Below, one piece after another: positions 48,066 through 53,909 of a stretch of DNA of 53,909 nt. The stretch covers positions 1-53,909 of the forward strand of contig JAYWIR010000161.1 in assembly GCA_036172245.1 (NCBI GenBank), read 5' to 3'. Below the pieces are notes generated by a model, which did not search any database, was not told the DNA's origin, and saw only the letters and a program-made list of their open reading frames with translations. The position numbers and the translations under genes are program-made. Origin of the DNA: Raillietiella orientalis (Eukaryota). Numbering within the stretch: position 1 is the stretch's first letter; each line of letters starts with the position of its first letter.

Positions 48066-48836
48066 TTATGAATCTTGATGTATCATTTCAACTTTTTTGA
48101 GGTTTGTGACAGATATTGCACTGAAAGTTGACTGTGCATAAATTTCCATACAGCAAAGGCAAGATTTTTTCTTTTTGTATTTGCTAATCGGTATGCTTGG
48201 AATCAGAAGTTCCGAAATATGTTGCCTACCCATCTCACTGAACTGCAAATTGTTTTCTTGAAAAGCATTTGTTAGTATCCTGGAGTTAATTTGGGGTGAG
48301 GGCCAAGTCATCATTGTGAATGTGGTGAGGGGGTTGGGGTGTGCTCTGCTTCGTGTAAGGCGGAAGCATTCTTTTACAAAATTTATATTTTTACTATAAA
48401 ATTTGGTGTGGTTGTTGAGTATGAAGAGTTCGTCGGCGCCATCTTTTATGAGTTGGAGTATCTAGCGGATAGATGATTTGCGATTTGGCTTACCACGTCT
48501 TGGTAGGCCAAAAATTGGCTCGTTGGATTCGTGTAGTTTCCCGAATATCCAAGCTTGCTTGTCTTCTTTAGTGAAGTACCGTAAGCTTCTTTGCGGACTG
48601 CCTCTAGCTTTTTCAAGATGACTTTTTTGGAAAGTTTTTCTTTTTAATCCTGGTAGTGTTCGAGGTTCTTTTAGCTGGAAGAATCCTTGAAGGTGAGGTG
48701 TTCCGGTGTTTCCGATCTCTTTGCCTATGCATGCAAAGAAGCAGTCAAGTCGGCACTAGTTGTTGAGTTCTTTTAAGTCGTCTTCGGTGAAGTTGCACAG
48801 GGTAAAGCACCAGTTGAAGAAGAGTGCGTAAGGCAT
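48066..48836 (-). pseudogene. rep: CRESS-DNA virus-like Rep (HUH rolling-circle endonuclease) with two in-frame TAG stops
   Basis: Manual translation from ATG 48836: MPYALFFNWCFTLCNFTEDDLKELNN*CRLDCFFACIGKEIGNTGTPHLQGFFQLKEPRTLPGLKRKTFQKSHLEKARGSPQRSLRYFTKED. Motif I FTLCN, motif II PHLQG, HLEKARG, motif III YFTKE; stops at codons 27 and 125. Confidence 0.93.
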
Positions 48837-48885
48837 TCTGAAATTCACTGTAAGTGCGACTTGTTTGTGGTTGTCTGCGTGTTGG

Positions 48886-48893
48886 TATTTATA
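48886..48893 (-). promoter_or_regulatory. TATA box for rep (TATAAATA)
   Basis: Lies between the origin stem-loop and the rep ATG, about 50 nt upstream of the ATG. Confidence 0.65.
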
Positions 48894-48912
48894 CTGCGTA
48901 ACTGCGCAGAAG

Positions 48913-48947
48913 ATGCAATCTGGTCAATAGTATTACCCAGATTGCAT
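48913..48947 (+). other. Rolling-circle replication origin: stem-loop with the TAGTATTAC nonanucleotide
   Basis: ATGCAATCTGG-TCAATAGTATTAC-CCAGATTGCAT: perfect 11-bp stem, 13-nt loop, nonamer at 48928-48936. Confidence 0.93.
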
Positions 48948-48958
48948 GCAGCTGACAA

Positions 48959-48989
48959 GGCAAAACCTTGGGAAAACCTTGGCAAAACC
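48959..48989 (+). repeat. Iteron-like 11-bp direct repeats beside the origin
   Basis: GGCAAAACCTT GGGAAAACCTT GGCAAAACC. Confidence 0.6.
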
Positions 48990-49908
48990 CGGCTTCTTCA
49001 GCGAGCATCATAACTCCCAAGCAGCCCTTGCTGACCGGACCGTATGGATATTCGGTCGAGGAGGCCTGGGTCAAGGGGAGGATTTCCTCTTTCAGCGCCT
49101 TTCGGATGATTTGGTCGAGCGATTGCCAGAGGGCTTTCCGCTTCGAGCCCATTCGGAGGGCGTGCACAAAGGCTAGGAACACAAACGTCTTTAAGGCGTC
49201 CAGCTTTTGCCATGGCGCAAGGGGACAGTCCATCACTTTGGCCACGCTGCCAGTAATGTCTTCGAGCGCATGGCTGTGCATGGCATCGAAGCCTACGGGC
49301 TTTCCTTCGTAACTATATGTACCGCTATCATTGAGCACGGGGATGGGTTCCCCTGTTATGGTGAATTGCTCACGCCCAAGAGTCTTGGGAGTTCGGGGAT
49401 CGTAGTGCAGGGACGAGCACTTCTTGGCATTGATGGTGAGGCCCAGGCGAATAGCCATGTAGCGTGCCGCATTCAACGCCGCTTGTAGTGTTTGTGCGTC
49501 CTCAGCGAGGATGACGAGGTCATCCGCGTAAGCGAGCACCTTGATTCTGGGCACGTGGTGTTTGATCCCTTGGCACAGTGGCTCGATTGCGATATCAAAA
49601 AGCAGTCCGGATAGCGGGCATCCCGGTTTCACGCCCCTACATATGTGTATTGGAGGTGAGAGACCGGCAGACGTTACGATCTGTGTGATGTTGTCTGTGT
49701 GCATTTCGCACACGAGTTCCACGAAACGATCACCGGCACCCGCACATTGGAGGGAACACAAAAGCTGTGAATGGGGGATGGATGCAAATGCATCCAGCCA
49801 GGCAGCGCACACGGTTCGATGGTGGCGCTTGCTGTATTCGATCAAGTGCGATAGTATGAAATTGTGTTCGAGGACACCATCGAAAGGGAGGAAGCCCTTT
49901 TGGTGTGG
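48990..49908 (-). mobile_element. NeSL/Utopia-like (R2 superfamily) retrotransposon RT core and thumb, 3'-truncated
   Basis: PHQKGFLPFDGVLEHNF, AAWLD-AFASIPH, RGVKPGCPLSGLLF, LAYADD, LAPWQKLDALKTF (ORF 48889..49845). Confidence 0.85.
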
Positions 49909-50034
49909 GCACGGGGATGGGTTCCCCTGTTATGTTGAATTGCTCACACCCAAGAGTCTTGGGAGTTCGGGGATCGTAGTGCAGGGACGAGCACTTCTTG
50001 GCATTGATGGTGAGGCCCAGGCGAATAGCCATGT
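49909..50034 (-). repeat. 126-bp direct duplication of 49335-49460 at the inversion junction
   Basis: Two mismatches in 126 bp by direct reading. Confidence 0.9.
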
Positions 50035-50937
50035 CTTGGGCATGTTCCCCAGACGAGTGCACCCTCCATCCCATTGCCTGATCCCTTGCACAATCAGGAA
50101 TGGCAGATAGTGACAAGTCGTCGAAAACGTGCCCCTAATGCCCAGGGAGCTCTGGTCTGTGGAGCTAGGCATCCGCCCAGACGTATCACCTCCTCTAGTG
50201 AACCTGAATCTCCACGCCTTCCTACCCCTGTCCCTGGCTCACGATTCGCCGCCCTGGAAGAGGAGAACATTCGTGAACTGGCAGTTTCACCCGAAAGCAT
50301 TGCTGTGCCTGCACGTCCCTCAACGTCCCCCATCCGAAGACGCGCTCGTGGCAACCAGCGGGAAACTCGGAGAGAGCGCTTGGATTCCCTTGGAGAGACT
50401 GCAAGGCTTCTTCACGACATTGGGTCTCATCCAACAACAACGGACAATTGGGGCCTTGCGATACGGGCGCTGAACACTTCATACAGTGCAATTCGGAATG
50501 CCCTGGGCTTACGCCCTTTCGCCATTCCCATGAACAGTGTGCGACCACTGAGTCTGTCTCCCCGCTCTCTACAGCGGCTATATAATCGAAACCGTCGACG
50601 AGCAGTACGGCTCATCCTCGACGGTCCTCCGGCTGAATGCCAAGTGGACAGGCGAACTGCCCATGCGTACTTCACAGACCTGTTTACAGCTCGGCCTGGG
50701 TTTCAGCCTTGAAGCTGGGACCCTGGGCTAGCGTCCACTCATGAACCCATGGACCTTTCCCCGTTCGATCCGAGGGAAATCGACAGCTGTTTACGTTTAT
50801 GTGAGGATACTGCGCCGGGGGCAGACGGCATACCGTACTCTGCCTTCCGCCGGCTTGACCCTGAATGCCGTTTCCTCACGGCAATTTTCAATATCTGCCT
50901 TGCCCACCGCCGGGTTCCCCCGGAGTGGAAAGAGTCA
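50035..50937 (+). mobile_element. Inverted N-terminal part of the same NeSL/Utopia-like ORF
   Basis: LQRLYNRNRRRAVRLILDG, TAPGADGIPY, FLTAIFNICL..RRVPPEWKES (ORFs 50074..50712 and 50749..50991). Confidence 0.85.
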
Positions 50938-53505
50938 CATTTTTCCACTCGGCATTTTTCCACTTGTTCAAGAAGCATCCATTCTCCGTGAGAATTGAAG
51001 AACCGTTATGGATCATTGCACAATCCTACAATTTCCTGGTTTCAGAGGATGATTGAGAAGAGTGCGACATTTCATTAGGTTGGCGCACTTTCGCCTTTGT
51101 GGTCTTTTCATGGCAACCAGTGACGGAATTGCAAGGAAAACGTTTTGCTTCTATCACATTTCTCGTGTTCCAAGGTTACATCTTTTAAGGGTTTGTAATC
51201 GATTCGAAATGAGGAGATTTCATCAAAGCATTTTTCCGATTCTTCAAGAAGCATCCATTTGCAGTGAGAAACAAACAACCGTCATGGATCATTGGACAGC
51301 CTTACAATTTCGTCGTTTCCAACGACGATAAAGAAGAGTCCGACCTTTCATCAGGGTTGGGTGCTTTGGACTCTGCGTTGTTTTCATGGCAACCAGTGTC
51401 GCAATTAGAAAGGTAATGTTTTCATTCAATCGGATTTCTTATGTGTTCAAAGGTTATATTTCATGCTGGTTTCTAATGAATCCGAAATGAGGAGATTTTA
51501 CCATTGCACATTTGCTCATCTTTAAGAAGCATCGATTTGCCGTGAGTGGCAAACTACCAACATGGAACACTGCACAAGCTTACAATTTCTGGTTTCAGGG
51601 GATGATTAACAATATTACAACATTTCATCAGGGTGGGGTACTGTGGACTCTTTCTTGTTCTCAATGCAACCAGTGTCGTAATTCGAAACAAAAAGTTTTC
51701 CGTTGAACTGATTTAATCTGTGTTTAAAAGTTACATCTTTTCATGGTATCTGATCGATTTGAAATGAGGAGATTTTAGCAAAGTATTTTTCCGTTTCTTC
51801 AAGAAGCATCCATTCTCCTTGAGAGGTAAACAACCGTTATGCATCATTGCACAAATTTACAATTTCCTGGTTTCCAAGGATAATTAAGAAGAGTTTGAAA
51901 TTTGGTCAGGGCGGATCACTTACAAATCTGCGTTCTCATGGGTACTAGTGCCAGAATTACAGTGAAAAAATTTTTTTTTGGATCTGATTTAGTATATTTC
52001 CCGAATTTACATCTTTTGCTGGTTTCTCATCAACTAAGAAGAGAAGATTTCACCGTTGCACATTTGTTTTTCTATAAGAAGAATCCATTAGCAGCGAGGG
52101 GCAAACTACCGCCATGGATCATTGCACAACCTTACAATTTCATGCATTCAGAGGATGATTCAGAAGAGTGAGAAATTTCATTAGGTCGGCGGACTTTCGC
52201 CTCTGTGTTGTTTTCATGGCAAGCAGTGTCGCAATTAGAAAGGAAATGTTCTCATTCAATCGGATTTCTTATGTGTTCAAAGGTTATGTTTCATACTCGT
52301 TTCTAATCAATCGGAAATGAAGAGATTTCACCATTGAGCTTTTTCTCTTTTTTAAGAAGCATCGATTTTCGTTGAGTGGCAAACTACCAACATGGAACAC
52401 TGCACAAGCTTCCAATTTCTTGGATTCAGGGGATTATTAACAATATTACGACATTTCATCACGGTGGGATACTTCGGACTCTTTGTTGTTCTCAATGCAA
52501 CAAGTATCGTAATTGGAAACAAAACGTTTTCCTTGGAATTGATTTAATCTATGTTTAAAAGTTACGTCTTTTCATGGTTTCTGATCCATTCGAAATGAGG
52601 AGATTTCAGCAAAGTATTTTTCAGCATCTTCAAGAAGCATCCATTCACCGTGAGAGGTAAACAACCGTTATGGATCATTGCACACCCTTACATTTTCCTT
52701 GTTTCCAAGAATAATTAAGAAGAGTCCGACATTTCGTCAGGGCGGATAGCTTACGAATTTGTGTTCTCATGGGTACTAGTGCCAGAATTACAGTGGGAAA
52801 TTTTTCCTTCGATCTGATTTATTACATTTCCTGAATTTACATCTTTTGCTGGTTTCTAATCAACTAAAAAGAGAAGATTTCACCATTGCACATTTGCTTC
52901 TCTACAAGAAGAATCCATTTGCAGCGAGAGGCAAACTACCGCCATGCATCATTGCACAACCTAACAATTTCCTCGTTTCAGAGGATGATTCAGTAGAGTG
53001 CGAAATTTCATTAGGTCGGCGCACTTTCGCCTCTGTGTTGTTTTCATGGCAACTAGTAACGGAATTGGAAGGAAAATGTTTTGCTTCTATCAGATTTCTC
53101 ATGTGTTTTGAAGTAACATTTTTTAAGGGTTTGAAGTCGATTTGCAATGAGGAGATTTCACCAAAGCATTTGTCTGCTTCTTCCAGAAGCATCCATTTGC
53201 AGTGAGAAACAAACAACCCTTATGGATCATTGGACAGCCTTACAGTTTCGTGGTTTCCAACGATGATAAAGAAGAATCCTACACTTAATCAGGGTTGGGT
53301 GCTTTGGACTCTGCGTTGTTTTCATGGCAACCAGTGTCGCAATTAGAAAGGAAATGTTCTCATTCAAACGGATTTCTTATGTGTTCAAAGTTATATTTCA
53401 TGCTGGTTTCTAATTAATCGGAAATGACGAGATTTCACCATTGCACATTTGCTCTTCTTTAAGAAGCATCGATTTGCGTTGAGCTGCAAACTACCAACAT
53501 TGAAC
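50938..53505. repeat. Satellite array, ~277-bp monomer, about 9.3 copies, with higher-order structure
   Basis: Anchor AAGAAGCATC (or a close variant) recurs at 50970, 51246, 51524, 51801, 52076, 52354, 52632, 52906, 53184 and 53461 (spacing 274-278). Confidence 0.95.
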
Positions 53506-53909
53506 TGGTTCCGTATTCAAAAAGCAATATTTGCTATGTCCTTTTGAAGAAATAAGCTTTGGGCTACTAATGGAAGGCTTGTACGAATCGGTGCTAATGA
53601 ATATTGTTAGGGAAGTTTGCTTCATAAATTATCATCCACGAAAAAATGTGTTTTTGAATGTTTGCATCTCGTAGATTCCTTTATTAAAAAGTACTTAATG
53701 CCCCTATCCATAGAAATTCAAAGTTGCACCATAAAAAAGAATAATGTGTTACCTACAATGTATTAAGTGGAATGTATATCAGCAATTTTAAATGGAAAAT
53801 AAATTCTATTGCACAAGTATTAGAGAATGGAAAATTGAACGAAATGAAGTTTGAATACAAATCGCAGGTTGCTTTCTTGTAAAGTTCGATAAGTGATTGA
53901 TGAAATCCG

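Noticed and set aside
50938..53505. CRISPR array or coding repeats (ORFs 51053..51331, 52846..53205)
   Set aside because: Whole 277-bp monomers are homologous, with no unique spacers and no cas genes; the period is not a consistent multiple of 3.

Overview
Eukaryotic, repeat-dominated DNA with no intact host gene; probably a land plant, inferred from weak PPR-gene remnants. (1) Bases 1-38.2 kb are an uninterrupted GC-rich nest of about 25 decayed L1/Tx1-type LINE fragments (ORF1 RRM-like region plus CCHC knuckles; ORF2 APE endonuclease, RT, C-terminal CCHC) with no recognisable host DNA between them. Intact element ends mostly abut other copies in antisense orientation. The copies share a 22-nt 5' motif and a 3' AATAAA-plus-hairpin terminus without a poly(A) tail, and part of the nest is duplicated. 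(2) Bases 38.2-47.2 kb are more AT-rich, with probable PPR pseudogene remnants. (3) Bases 47.2-49.0 kb hold an endogenous CRESS-DNA-virus-like element that the ORF track misses: a perfect 11-bp stem-loop carrying TAGTATTAC, iteron-like repeats, a TATA box, and a complementary-strand Rep with RCR motifs I-III but no intact helicase motifs. (4) Bases 49.0-50.9 kb are a rearranged NeSL/Utopia-like retrotransposon fragment. (5) Bases 50.9-53.5 kb are a ~277-bp satellite with 4-mer higher-order structure. Fragment boundaries were read by eye and are approximate (about +/-20 bp).
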